Shown piece after piece: positions 19,207 to 29,068 of a DNA stretch of 64,000 nt (position 1 is its first letter; every line of letters begins with the position of its first letter). The notes below the pieces were generated by a model. That model was given only the letters and a program-made list of their open reading frames with translations, ran no database searches and had not been told where the DNA came from. Source of the DNA: an uncultured Gemmatimonadales bacterium (GTDB lineage: Bacteria; Gemmatimonadota; Gemmatimonadetes; Gemmatimonadales; Gemmatimonadaceae); contig CAWKNZ010000002.1 in assembly GCA_963851265.1 (NCBI GenBank), forward strand, positions 384,001-448,000. Direction: 5' to 3'. The position numbers were made by a program, and so were the translations under genes.

Positions 19207-20298
19207 ATGCCCCGCCCGCGTCCAGACCGCCGCCCGCGCGCCTACCCCGTCGCGCACACGCTCTCCCTGCTCGCGATGGCGGCGATCGTCGCCGCGACCG
19301 ACGCCTGCTCGCGAGACGCGCGGGCCGCGGCGCCGCCACCCGCTGCGCCGGCGACGCCGGTCCGCCTCGCGCCCGCCGCCCGAGACACGAGCCGCGCCGC
19401 GATCCGCGCCGGCGGCGTGACCGAGCCACGGGCGACGTCCGACCTCGCCTTCCAGGTCCCCGGGCGCGTCGTCACGCTCGCCGTCGACGAGGGCACCCGC
19501 GTCGCCTCGGGCCAGCTGCTCGCCGCCGTCGACCCGACCGACTACCGCCTGGCCTACCAGCAGGCCGATCTCGCGCGCGCCCGCCAGGCCGACGAACTGG
19601 CCCGCGCGCGCCTGCTCCAACCCTCGGGCTCGATCGCGGCCAACGATTTCGACAAGCTCGACAACGGCGCCCGGCAGGCCGTGGTCGTCCGCGACCTCGC
19701 CGCCAAGCGGCTCGCCGACACGCGCCTCACCGCCCCGTTTGCGGGCACCATCGCGAAAAAGTCGGTCGAGGTTGGCGCGAGTGCCAGCACTGGCACGGCC
19801 GTGCTCACCCTCGTCGACCTCGCGGAGGTGGAGGTGCGCGTGGGCGTGAGCGAGGCCGATGTCGGCCAGGTGCACGTCGGCCAGCCCGCGGCAGTCGAGG
19901 TGCCCGCGTTGGGTCGCACCGTCACGGGCCGCGTCGCGCACGTCGGCGTCGTCGCCGACCCGGCGAGTCGCACGTACGCGGTGAAGGTCGCGCTCCCCAA
20001 CCCGACCGGCGCGCTCCGCGGCGGGATGGTCGCGACGGTCGTGCTACCGACGGGGCGTGCGCGCGACGCGGTCGTCGTTCCGGCCGCCGCGGTCATGCGC
20101 GACGCCGACGGCGTCACGCTGGTCTACGTCTACGCGCCGTCCGAACGGCGCGTCCGCGCTCGGCGCGTCGAGGTCGGCGACGCGCGCGGCGGGAACGTTG
20201 AGGTCGCCCGCGGCCTCGCGGCGGGCGAACCGGTCGTCGTCGGCGGCCAGCAGCGGCTGCGCGACGGGTCCGCGGTGACCGTGCCGGGGGGACGCTGA
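19207..20298 (+). CDS. RND efflux periplasmic adaptor (membrane fusion protein), lipoprotein
   Basis: Lipobox-like ATDAC, LAFQVPGRV, LTAPFAGTI, ADPASRTY, LRGGM, GLAAGEPVVVGG. Confidence 0.93.
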   Translation: MPRPRPDRRPRAYPVAHTLSLLAMAAIVAATDACSRDARAAAPPPAAPATPVRLAPAARDTSRAAIRAGGVTEPRATSDLAFQVPGRVVTLAVDEGTRVASGQLLAAVDPTDYRLAYQQADLARARQADELARARLLQPSGSIAANDFDKLDNGARQAVVVRDLAAKRLADTRLTAPFAGTIAKKSVEVGASASTGTAVLTLVDLAEVEVRVGVSEADVGQVHVGQPAAVEVPALGRTVTGRVAHVGVVADPASRTYAVKVALPNPTGALRGGMVATVVLPTGRARDAVVVPAAAVMRDADGVTLVYVYAPSERRVRARRVEVGDARGGNVEVARGLAAGEPVVVGGQQRLRDGSAVTVPGGR

Positions 20299-20300
20299 CG

Positions 20301-23300
20301 ATGACGTCCCCGACACTCGCGCGCGAGCCGGACGCTCGCCCCCTCCAACGCTGGAACCTGATCCGCGCCGCGCTCGCGAACCGGCAGCTCGTCTACGTGC
20401 TCACGGCGCTCGTCGTCATCTTCGGCCTCACCTCGCTCGTTCGCATGCCGCGGCGGGAGGACCCGAAGATCACGATCCGCCAGGGCCTCGTCCTCGCCCT
20501 CTATCCCGGAGCCACGGCCGAGCAGGTCGAGCGGCAGGTGGCCGAGCCGGTCGAGCGGCGGCTGTTCGCGCACGGCGAGGTGAAGAAGGCCAAGACGTAC
20601 ACCACGAGCCGCCCCGGCGCGCTCGTCGCCAACGTCGAGCTCAACGACGACGTGCGCGACCCCGAGCGCTTCTGGTCCACGCTGCGCCTCGACCTCAACG
20701 AGACGCGCGCGCAGGAGCTCCCGGCCGGCGTCGTCGGCCCGATCGTCAACGCCGATTTCGGTGACGTGGTCGCGGTGCTACTCACCGTGCACGGCCCACC
20801 GGGCCGCTACGGCTCGCGCGAGCTGGCGACCTTCCTCGACCGCATCGAGGACGCGGTGCGCACGCTTCCCGACGTCTCCAAGATCAAGCGCTACGGCGAG
20901 CAGCCCGAGGAGATCGCCGTCACCGCGCGCCCGGAGCGCCTCGCCCAGTACGGCGTCACGACGTCGCAGCTGTTAGGCGCCCTCCGCGCGCGCAACGCGG
21001 TCGTCGACGGCGGCTCGGTCGACGCCGGCGCGAGCGACGTGCGCATCCGCCCCGCTGGGCCGTTCAACACCGTGCAGGAGGTGGGCGCGGTGCAGGTGGC
21101 CGCGGGGCCGCGCGCCGAGCCGGTCAGGCTCGGCGACCTGGCCGCGGTCGAGCGCCGCTACGCCGACCCGACGTTCCTCGCGCGCGTCGACGACCAGCCG
21201 GTCGCGCTCATGTCGATCGAGGCGCAGGAAGGGCGCAACCTCGTCGACGTCGGCCGGCAGATCGACGCCAGGCTCGCCGCGGTGCGCGCGCAGCTACCGC
21301 CCGACCTCGCGATCGACCTCGTCGCCGACCAGCCCGCGGGCGTGCAGCACCGCGTGCTGGGCTTCGGTCGCGAGTTCACGATCGCCGTCGTCTCGGTGGT
21401 GCTCGTGACGGTGCTGCTCCTCCCGCTCCGCGTCGCCGCCATCGCGGCCACCGCAATCCCGATCACCGTCGCCGTGACCGTCGCCGCGCTCAACGCGCTC
21501 GGCATCGAGCTGCACCAGATGAGCTTCGCCGGACTCGTCGTCGCGTTGGGCATGGTGGTCGACGACGCGATCGTGATCGCCGACAACTACGTCGAGCTGC
21601 TCGACCACGGCGTCGCGCGCGACGAGGCGGCGTGGCGATCGGCCAGCGACCTCGCGCTCCCGGTGCTCGGCGCGACGCTCACGATCGTCGCGAGCTTCCT
21701 CCCGCTCGCGATCCTGCTCCCCGGCACGGTGGGCGAGTTCATCCGCGCGCTGCCGCTCACGGTGAGCGTCGCGCTGCTCTGCTCGTACGTCGTCGCGATG
21801 CTGCTCACGCCGCTGCTCTGCCTGGCGTTCATCACGACCGGACTGCGGCCGCACGTGGGGGCCGCCGCGACGCCCCGCCGCTTCGACCCGCTCGGCCTGA
21901 TGCAGCGCCTGTACGAGCGCACGATGCGCCTGGCGCTCCCGCGCAAGCGGACCACGCTCGCACTGAGCGTGCTCGCGTTCGTCGCCGGCGTGGTGATGCT
22001 GAAGCTCATCCCAATGCGCTTCTTCCCCGCCGCGGAGCGCGCGCAGTTCGTCGTCGACGTGTGGACGCCCGAGGGCACGCGCTTCGAAGCGACCGATTCG
22101 GTGGTGCAGCGCCTCGTGGCGAGCGTGCGACGCGTCGACGGCGTGCGCGCGGTGGGCTCGTTCACCGGCGGCGGCTCGCCGCGCTTCTACTACAACATCA
22201 ACCCCGAGCCGCCCGCGACCAACTACGGCCAGCTCGTCGTCAACACCGCCGGCACCGACGAGACCCCGATCGTCGCGGCGTCGCTCCACGCGCGCCTCGC
22301 CGCACTCGCCCCGGAAGCGACGGTGATGGTGAAGGAGCTGCAGCAGGGCCCCGCGCTCAAGGCGCCGATCGAGATTCGCTTCGCTGGTGCCGACCTCGCC
22401 ACGCTGCGCCGCCTCGGCGACTCGGCGCGCGCGGTGCTCGCATCCACGCCCGGCAGCGAGTACACCACCACCGACTGGGGCGAGGACCGCTACGGCGTGC
22501 GCGTCGACCTGCGCCGCGAGACGGCGGCGCGGTTGGGCGTCACCGACGCCGACGTCGCCCAGCAGCTCGCCGGCGGCTTCGACGGCGCCGTCGCGTCGAC
22601 CTATTACGAGGGCGACCGGCGGATCGAGGTGCGCCTGCGCCTCGACTCCGCCAGCCGACGCGGCGTCGGCGACGTCCGCGACGCCTACGTCACCGCGCCC
22701 GCGACGGGCGCGCGCCTGCCGCTCCGCGAGGTGGCGGAGGTGCGCCCCGAGTGGCAGCCGAGCCGCATCGTCCGGCGCAACGGCGTGCGGACCATCACCG
22801 TGTCGACCTTCGCGCGCCCCGGCGTGCTCGCCTCGACCGTGCTCACGGCCGCGCTCCCGCGACTCCGCGCCATCGCGCTGCCCGCAGGCGCCACGATGGC
22901 GTTGGGCGGCGAGATCGAGAACCAGGGCGAGGTGCAGGGGCCGATGAGCGTCGCGCTGTCGACGAGTCTGCTCGGGATCTTCCTCATCCTCTTCCTCCAG
23001 TTCCGCAACGCGCGCTACCCGCTCATCGTCATGGTCTCCATCCCGCTCGCCGTCTTCGGCTCGGCGTTGGGCCTCGTGCTCACGCGCAACCCGTTCGGCT
23101 TCACCGCGCAGCTCGGGCTCACCGCGCTCACGGGCGTCGTCGTGCGCAACGCGATCATCCTCGTCGACTACATCATCGCGCGCCGCGAAGAGGGCGAGTC
23201 GCTCGAGGACGCCGCGCTCGACGCCGGGCGGCGGCGGCTGCGGCCCATCTTCCTCACGACCGTGGCCGCGGCGGTCGGCGTGGTGCCGCTCATCGTGAGC

Positions 23301-25046
23301 GGGTCGAGCCTGTGGTCGCCGCTCGCCAGCGTGCTCGCGGTGGGGCTCGTCTGTTCGATGGTCTTCACGCTCGTCGTGGTGCCGGTGCTGTACGTGCTGG
23401 TCGAGTCGCGGCGCGAGCGGCGGCAGGCGCGCCGCGCGCACGGCACGGCCGCGGCGCCCGCCGCGCCGGGCGTCGCGCCCGAGCCGCTGCGGCGCGCGGC
23501 GTCGACGATCGCGCCGGGGCTGGGCTCGGGCGTGGGCTCGGCGCTCACCGCGATGGCGCTCGCGTGCCTCGCGCTCGGCGCGGCGCGCGTGCCGGCGTTA
23601 GGCGCGCAGGAGGTCGCCACGGAAACGCGCGCGGCACGCTCCCTCACGCTCGACGAGGCCGTGCGCCTCGCGACGTCCAACGGCCGCGCCGTGCGCATCG
23701 CGGCCGCGCAGGTGGACGAGCAGGCCGCGCGCGTGCGCGGCGCGCGTGCGGAGTTCCGGCCGTCGCTCGCGGTCACGGGCAACTATTCGGGGCGGAGCGG
23801 CGTGCAGAGCGTGCTCATCCCGCAGGGCGCGCTCGGGAACGACGTGAACGGCCGCCCGCTCCCCGGCGCGGACCGCAGCCTCACGTCGCCGAGCAAGAGC
23901 ACGTTCTACTCGATCGTGACCGCGACGCAGCCGCTGACCCAGGGCGTGCGCATCCGCGCCGGCGAGCGCGCGGCGGAGGCGGCGTACCGCCGGAGCGCCG
24001 CGTCGCGCGACGCGACGACCCAGGACGTCGCGCTCGCGGTCACGCGCCTCTACCTCGGCGCGCTCGCCGCCGAGCGGCAGCACGAGGCCGCGCGGCTGGT
24101 GCTCGCGGCGCGCCGGGCCGGCGCGGGCGACGCCACGCGCGCCGTGGCGGCCGGGCTCGCGCTCGGCACGCGGGCCACCGAGGCGCGCGCGGGGGTGCTC
24201 GACGCCGAGCAGCAGCTCGTCGCGGCCGGCAACCAGGTCGCGGACTACACGGCCGACCTCGCCGAGCTGGTCGGGTGGCCCGCCGACGTGCCGATGACGC
24301 TGGTCGCGCCCGCGCCGCCCGAACGGCGCACCGCGCCCGCCGGCCCCGCGCGGGCCGCCGCGCGCGCGACGGCGACCGGGCGCGAGGCGTTAGGCGCGTC
24401 GACGGCCGACGCGCCCGCGTCCGACGCGTTCGGCGACGCACTCGCGGCGGGGGACAGCGTGCGGCTCGCCGCGCTCGTCCGCACCGCGCTCGACGCGAAC
24501 CCCGAGCTGCGTGCAGCCCGCGCGACGCGCGACGAGGCCGCGAGCGGCGCCCGCGCCGCGCGTGCGGCCTACGTGCCCGAGGTCGCGCTCTACGCGCAGT
24601 ACTACCACCAGACGCTCACCACCGTGCTGCCGCACGACAACGTCACCGGCGGGCTGTCGTTGTCGTGGACGATCGCCGACTTCGGGCGGCGGCGGAGCCA
24701 GGTCGACGCGGCGGCCGCGCGGCAGGTCGCCGCGGGGGAGGAAGCGCGTCGCGCCGAGGAGCGCACGGCGACCGCGGTGGCCAAGGCGTACCGCGCCGTG
24801 CTGCGGGCCGAGCGGCTGTGGGACGCGGCGCAGGCGTCCGCGGCGGCGCGGCGCGACCTCGCCCGCGTGGCAACGGACGAGGGGGCTGCGGGGCTCCGGC
24901 TCGCGTCGTCCCGGGCGGAGCAGGATGCCGCGGCGGCGGTCGCGGACGCGGCGGCGTTCGCGGCAGAGGCGGGGACGCGGGTGGCGCGGGCGGAGTTGGC
25001 GCGGGCCGTGGGGGCCCAGCGTGGGGCGCCCCCTGAAGCTCCGTGA
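20301..25046 (+). CDS. AcrB-family RND permease fused to a C-terminal TolC-family outer-membrane factor (1581 aa)
   Basis: aa 1 to about 1035: RND motifs YPGATAEQVE, GMVVDDAIV, GVVVRNAIILVD, RLRPIFLTT. From aa about 1103: OMF pattern (LTLDEAVRLA, ALDANPELRAAR, AYVPEVAL, GLSLSWTIADFG). No stop between the two parts. Confidence 0.9.
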   Translation: MTSPTLAREPDARPLQRWNLIRAALANRQLVYVLTALVVIFGLTSLVRMPRREDPKITIRQGLVLALYPGATAEQVERQVAEPVERRLFAHGEVKKAKTYTTSRPGALVANVELNDDVRDPERFWSTLRLDLNETRAQELPAGVVGPIVNADFGDVVAVLLTVHGPPGRYGSRELATFLDRIEDAVRTLPDVSKIKRYGEQPEEIAVTARPERLAQYGVTTSQLLGALRARNAVVDGGSVDAGASDVRIRPAGPFNTVQEVGAVQVAAGPRAEPVRLGDLAAVERRYADPTFLARVDDQPVALMSIEAQEGRNLVDVGRQIDARLAAVRAQLPPDLAIDLVADQPAGVQHRVLGFGREFTIAVVSVVLVTVLLLPLRVAAIAATAIPITVAVTVAALNALGIELHQMSFAGLVVALGMVVDDAIVIADNYVELLDHGVARDEAAWRSASDLALPVLGATLTIVASFLPLAILLPGTVGEFIRALPLTVSVALLCSYVVAMLLTPLLCLAFITTGLRPHVGAAATPRRFDPLGLMQRLYERTMRLALPRKRTTLALSVLAFVAGVVMLKLIPMRFFPAAERAQFVVDVWTPEGTRFEATDSVVQRLVASVRRVDGVRAVGSFTGGGSPRFYYNINPEPPATNYGQLVVNTAGTDETPIVAASLHARLAALAPEATVMVKELQQGPALKAPIEIRFAGADLATLRRLGDSARAVLASTPGSEYTTTDWGEDRYGVRVDLRRETAARLGVTDADVAQQLAGGFDGAVASTYYEGDRRIEVRLRLDSASRRGVGDVRDAYVTAPATGARLPLREVAEVRPEWQPSRIVRRNGVRTITVSTFARPGVLASTVLTAALPRLRAIALPAGATMALGGEIENQGEVQGPMSVALSTSLLGIFLILFLQFRNARYPLIVMVSIPLAVFGSALGLVLTRNPFGFTAQLGLTALTGVVVRNAIILVDYIIARREEGESLEDAALDAGRRRLRPIFLTTVAAAVGVVPLIVSGSSLWSPLASVLAVGLVCSMVFTLVVVPVLYVLVESRRERRQARRAHGTAAAPAAPGVAPEPLRRAASTIAPGLGSGVGSALTAMALACLALGAARVPALGAQEVATETRAARSLTLDEAVRLATSNGRAVRIAAAQVDEQAARVRGARAEFRPSLAVTGNYSGRSGVQSVLIPQGALGNDVNGRPLPGADRSLTSPSKSTFYSIVTATQPLTQGVRIRAGERAAEAAYRRSAASRDATTQDVALAVTRLYLGALAAERQHEAARLVLAARRAGAGDATRAVAAGLALGTRATEARAGVLDAEQQLVAAGNQVADYTADLAELVGWPADVPMTLVAPAPPERRTAPAGPARAAARATATGREALGASTADAPASDAFGDALAAGDSVRLAALVRTALDANPELRAARATRDEAASGARAARAAYVPEVALYAQYYHQTLTTVLPHDNVTGGLSLSWTIADFGRRRSQVDAAAARQVAAGEEARRAEERTATAVAKAYRAVLRAERLWDAAQASAAARRDLARVATDEGAAGLRLASSRAEQDAAAAVADAAAFAAEAGTRVARAELARAVGAQRGAPPEAP

Positions 25047-25420
25047 ACGCCGCAGGGCACACGCCCCGCGACCTGGCGCATTCGGCACACGGCAGTTGCG
25101 CTCGTCGCATCCACCAGCTGGCCTTCCTCGTGGCGCCGCACGGTATCGCGCGGGTCGTCCGGGATCGGCCGACGGCGCTCCGCCGGGGCTGAACGGGCCC
25201 GCGCCCTGCCCGGCGGCGTGGCCGGGGGGATTACGTCGCGCGGAACGCATCGTCGGCCGGAGTGCCCGCGGCTGCTGCCGACCCGATGATTCACGTCGCA
25301 CTCGCGCTACAAGGGCTCAGCAGACGCGCCCTGCCCCCAAAGCTGCTCGCATCGGGTGACCGACGCCGGCACCGTGGGGTACACTTCGCCGTCACCCGCC
25401 GCCCCCGCTCCGCCCCCCCT

Positions 25421-26495
25421 ATGCCGGCCCTCCCCGAACGCGCCCTCGCCGACGCCGTTGCCCACCGCGACGCGCGCCGCTTCTGCGACGTGGTCCTCCC
25501 GGCCGTCTCGCGGACCTTCGCGATCGGCATCCGCGCGCTCCCGGGGGACCTCGGCAAGGCCGTCCTCACGGCCTACCTCATCTGCCGGCTCGCCGACACC
25601 GTCGAGGACGCGCCCGGCATGACGCCCGCCGCCAAGGCGCCGCTCTTCGAAGCGCTGCTCGACTGCTTCGACGGGCAGGCGGCCGCGGACCGCTTCCCGC
25701 CGATGGCGCATGCCGTCACCGGCGACCCGGCGCACCTCGCGCTCGTCCGCCACGCGGACCTCGTCTTCGGCTACTTCCTCACGCTGCCCGCGGGGACGCG
25801 CCGCGTCGTGCGCCACTGGGTGACCGAGATGGTCACCGGCATGCGCAAGTTCGTCGAGCTCTACCCCGACGGCATCCGCATCCAGACGGTCGAGGAGTTT
25901 CGCGAGTACTGCTACTACGTGGCGGGCACGGTGGGCTACCTGCTCACCGACCTCTGGCACGAGCACTCGCCCGCGGTGGGCCAGGTCACGTACGAGCGGC
26001 TGCGCGAACGGTGCCGCGCGTTCGGCGAGGCGCTGCAGACGGTGAACATCCTCAAGGACGTGGGGCACGACGCCCGCGTCGAGAACTCGATCTACGTGCC
26101 CGAGCAACTCCTCCGCGCCCACGGCAGCACGCACGCGGCCGTGCTCGCGGCCGAGTGCATCCCCGAGACGCGGGCGGCCGTCGGGTCGGCTCATCGAGCT
26201 CGCCTGGGCCGACCTCGACGAGGCGCGCCGCTACCTGCTGCTCATCCCGCGGCGCGCGGTGCCGATCCGCCTCTTCTGCGCGCTGCCCTTGTTCTACGCC
26301 TACGCCACGCTGCGCGACCTCGCCCGCACCTCGGCGATGCTCCTGCCCGGCGGCGGGGTGAAGATCTCGCGGCGCGAGGTCAAGGCGCTGCTCGTGACGG
26401 GGATGCTCGTCGTCGGCAGCAACGGCCTCGTGCGCCGGCTCGTCGAGCGCGTGCGGCAACGGCCGTTCACGCTCGCGTTAGGCGGGAGCCGGTAG
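25421..26495 (+). pseudogene. Squalene synthase (phytoene/squalene synthase family) with a 1-nt frameshift (pseudogene or sequencing error)
   Basis: VSRTFA, YLICRLADTVED, YCYYVAGTVG, LQTVNILKD in the first frame. The continuation RLIELAWADLDEARRYL..RLFCALPLFYAYATL..VKISR lies in the next frame after GGG at 26183-26185. Confidence 0.85.
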
Positions 26496-26509
26496 GCGAG
26501 GCACCGCGC

Positions 26510-27385
26510 TCAGCGCAGCGCCCGCCGCACCCCGTCGATCGCGTCGAGCAGTCCGGCCGCACGCTCTCCCGGGCGTGAGGATGCGGCCGGCCCGGCGAGC
26601 CCCCCCTCGACGCGGTCGAGCAGCGCTTCCAGCGCCGCGCCGCCGCGCGCCACCGCGTCGCGGTGCCCGCGCGCGATCACCCACGCCGCGGCGCCGCCCG
26701 CGAGCACCGGAACCGCCGCGACCGGCGCGACCACCGCGAGCAGTGCGTGCGCGACGACCCCCGCGCCGAGCATCCCCGTCCCCGCGAGCACGCCGCCACC
26801 CGCCGCCACCCCGCCCGCGGTGAGCCGCTGCCGGCGTGCGCCGCCGAGGTCGAGCTCCAGCCGCAGCAGCGTCCGCCCGGTGTCGGCGGGCAGCGCCACC
26901 GCGCGCACGCCGCGCGCGCGCCGCAGCCCCGGCGTGCCGCCGCCCAGTCGCAGCCCGCGTGTCAGATTCCCGACGAAGTCCGTGCGCGCGTCCCACGCCG
27001 CGTAGACCGCCCCCGCGTCGGCCGTCCGCCGCACGAGCTGCATGCACTCCTCGCGCTCGAGCCAGCGGCCCAACGCCTCGATCACCGCGCCCGGCGTCCC
27101 CGCCACCGCGCGCGCCGCCGCCGCGTGCGCCGGCCCCGCGATCCGCGTCGCGAGGTCGCCCTCGCCCGCGTCGCGCCCCGTCGGCACCACGGCGCGCGTC
27201 GCCGACCGCAACCGCTCCTCGGCGAGCGCCGCGCGCACGTGGTCGGTCGACAGCCCGGCCTCGCGCGCCGCGTCGAGCAGTTCGGCGTCGCTCAGCCCCG
27301 CGTCGTCGGGCGCGCGCCCCGCGGCGGTCTGCAGCTCCGCCGCCCGCGCGAGCACGCGCTCCATCGCCGTCCGGTCGAGGGCCAT
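26510..27385 (-). CDS. Hypothetical membrane-associated protein
   Basis: MALDRTAMERVLARAAELQ..., LDAAREAGLSTDHVRAALAEE, C-terminal hydrophobic hairpin. Starts 2 nt after the upstream stop. Confidence 0.75.
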   Translation of the reverse strand: MALDRTAMERVLARAAELQTAAGRAPDDAGLSDAELLDAAREAGLSTDHVRAALAEERLRSATRAVVPTGRDAGEGDLATRIAGPAHAAAARAVAGTPGAVIEALGRWLEREECMQLVRRTADAGAVYAAWDARTDFVGNLTRGLRLGGGTPGLRRARGVRAVALPADTGRTLLRLELDLGGARRQRLTAGGVAAGGGVLAGTGMLGAGVVAHALLAVVAPVAAVPVLAGGAAAWVIARGHRDAVARGGAALEALLDRVEGGLAGPAASSRPGERAAGLLDAIDGVRRALR

Positions 27386-27387
27386 CG

Positions 27388-28482
27388 TCAGATCCCCCCG
27401 AGCACGACGTCGATCTGCCGCGTCACCGCCTCGAGCATCGCGCTCGGCAACGGGAAGGCCGCCTCCAGCGCGGCCCCGGCGTCCCCGGGCGGCACGGGCG
27501 CGCCGGCCTCGCGCAGATAGAATCGCGCGTATCCGTCGGCGAGGTCTGGCGCCGCGCGGCGCAACAGGATGAGCCCGGCGCGCACCTGTCCCACCGTCAC
27601 GTAGCGGTCCGCGAGTCCCGCGCGCTGGTCGGCAGGCGACGTGTTGTCGGCCACCACCTGGCCCACGAGCGCCCCCACGAACTCGTGCACCGCCGTGTAG
27701 CTCGCCTCGGCGGCGTCCGCCGGGCGTGCGGGAAGGGGCACCGCGACCACGCCGTCGCCGCCGGGGTCGGCCTGCGCACGCCCCTCGCCGCCCAGCACGG
27801 GGGAGAGAAGCAGCGTGCCGTCGCGCTGCTGCGAGCCAGACAGGTAGCGCTGGAGGCGCGGGCGTACCGCGCGCTGCCACGCCGAGTCGGCCGCGTCGAG
27901 CGACGCGGCCCGCGACTGCTGCAGCGCCGTCCAGTAGCGGTGGTAAAACCGGTCGCGCTCGTCGGCGAGTGCGGTCGTGTACAGGCGCAACCAGTCCCGG
28001 TCGGCTGCCGCGGGGAACGTGCGGGCCAGCAGCGCGATCGCGCCGGCCTGGCCGGCGTCGCTCGCGCGGCGCGGATCGCCCCCTGCCTGCACGAACGCCG
28101 TCACCGCCTGTTGCAGGCCGTCGAACGACTGGAAGGCGAGCGGAACGAACTGCGCGGACAGCGCGAGCGCCGGATTCGCGGCGAGACGTGCCCGCAGGCG
28201 CTCGCGGTTGGCGTCGAGGTCCGTGTACGCGTTCGCGCGCGTCCGCTCGGCCTGCACCGCGGCCCGGTAGCCGCGGCGGAAGATCGGCACCCGCGCGGTG
28301 TCGTCCTCGATCAACGCGAGCCCGTGCAGCCACAGGTCGACGTGCTCCGCGGTGCGCACCCGCCAGGTGCGGGTCGTCGCGGTGGGCGCAGTCGGTCCCG
28401 CCCCGGCCTGCGCCCAGGCGGGCGCGGCGCAGGCGAGGAGCATGGCGAGCGGAACGGTTGAGCGGACGGGCGGTCGAGGCAT
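27388..28482 (-). CDS. Hypothetical secreted protein
   Basis: Signal peptide (LAMLLACAAPAWA-Q) and normal codon bias; an HE dipeptide (AVHEFVG) without a complete HExxH. Confidence 0.75.
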   Translation of the reverse strand: MPRPPVRSTVPLAMLLACAAPAWAQAGAGPTAPTATTRTWRVRTAEHVDLWLHGLALIEDDTARVPIFRRGYRAAVQAERTRANAYTDLDANRERLRARLAANPALALSAQFVPLAFQSFDGLQQAVTAFVQAGGDPRRASDAGQAGAIALLARTFPAAADRDWLRLYTTALADERDRFYHRYWTALQQSRAASLDAADSAWQRAVRPRLQRYLSGSQQRDGTLLLSPVLGGEGRAQADPGGDGVVAVPLPARPADAAEASYTAVHEFVGALVGQVVADNTSPADQRAGLADRYVTVGQVRAGLILLRRAAPDLADGYARFYLREAGAPVPPGDAGAALEAAFPLPSAMLEAVTRQIDVVLGGI

Positions 28483-28597
28483 GCGGGCGGCGAGCACGGG
28501 CAGAGCGACGGGGCGGAGACGACCGCTCCGGGTCAGTACGCCGCCGGCCCCTCGCGCGATCCATTCCCGGCGCGGCCGACGCGTCCCGTGCCTCGTG

Positions 28598-28804
28598 TTA
28601 CCCCTCGTCCGCGGGACGGCCGCACGTGATGCAGAACCGCCACCCGATCTCGAGCTCCGTGCTGCACGCCGGGCACCGGTGCACCGTGACGTTCTCCCCG
28701 CAGTAGGGGCAGAAGGTCACCGCGCGATCCGCGGGCAACGGCCGCGCGCACGCGCGACACGCGCCTCCCAATACGGGCGTCGGCGGACGGACGGGGAAGG
28801 GCAC
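28598..28804 (-). CDS. Small double zinc-ribbon protein
   Basis: Four CxxC pairs: CRAC, CPYC, CPAC, CITC. Confidence 0.75.
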   Translation of the reverse strand: MPFPVRPPTPVLGGACRACARPLPADRAVTFCPYCGENVTVHRCPACSTELEIGWRFCITCGRPADEG

Positions 28805-28827
28805 GAAGGAAGGCGGAAGCGGCGCGA

Positions 28828-29040
28828 TCAGCGCCGCGCCGTGCTGTCCGTGCCATCGCTCGGCGCGGCCCGACCGTCGAGGTCGGAGTCGTACTTGCCG
28901 CGCGCGCTGCCGCCGGCGCGCGAGACCATCTGCTCGATCACGCGGCGCACCACGGTCTGCTCGTGGAGCTGGGCGTCGCGGAAGCCGACGGCGTAGCCGA
29001 CGGCGCCGCCGAGGGCGAGAAGGAGCAGGGGGCGCGACAT
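28828..29040 (-). CDS. Small hypothetical protein with an N-terminal TM segment
   Basis: MSRPLLLLALGGAVGYAVGFRDAQ... Confidence 0.65.
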   Translation of the reverse strand: MSRPLLLLALGGAVGYAVGFRDAQLHEQTVVRRVIEQMVSRAGGSARGKYDSDLDGRAAPSDGTDSTARR

Positions 29041-29068
29041 GAGCGGAGGGGAAAGAATGAGGGAGACG

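Noticed and set aside
17581..25046. Efflux locus as a mobile island
   Set aside because: No integrase, transposase, tRNA or flanking repeats. Composition matches the rest of the window, and it carries the same GTTAGGC motif.
25047..25420. 374-nt intergenic region as a possible ncRNA or mobile-element scar
   Set aside because: Only generic GC-rich pairing; no recognisable RNA motif, terminal repeat or target duplication.
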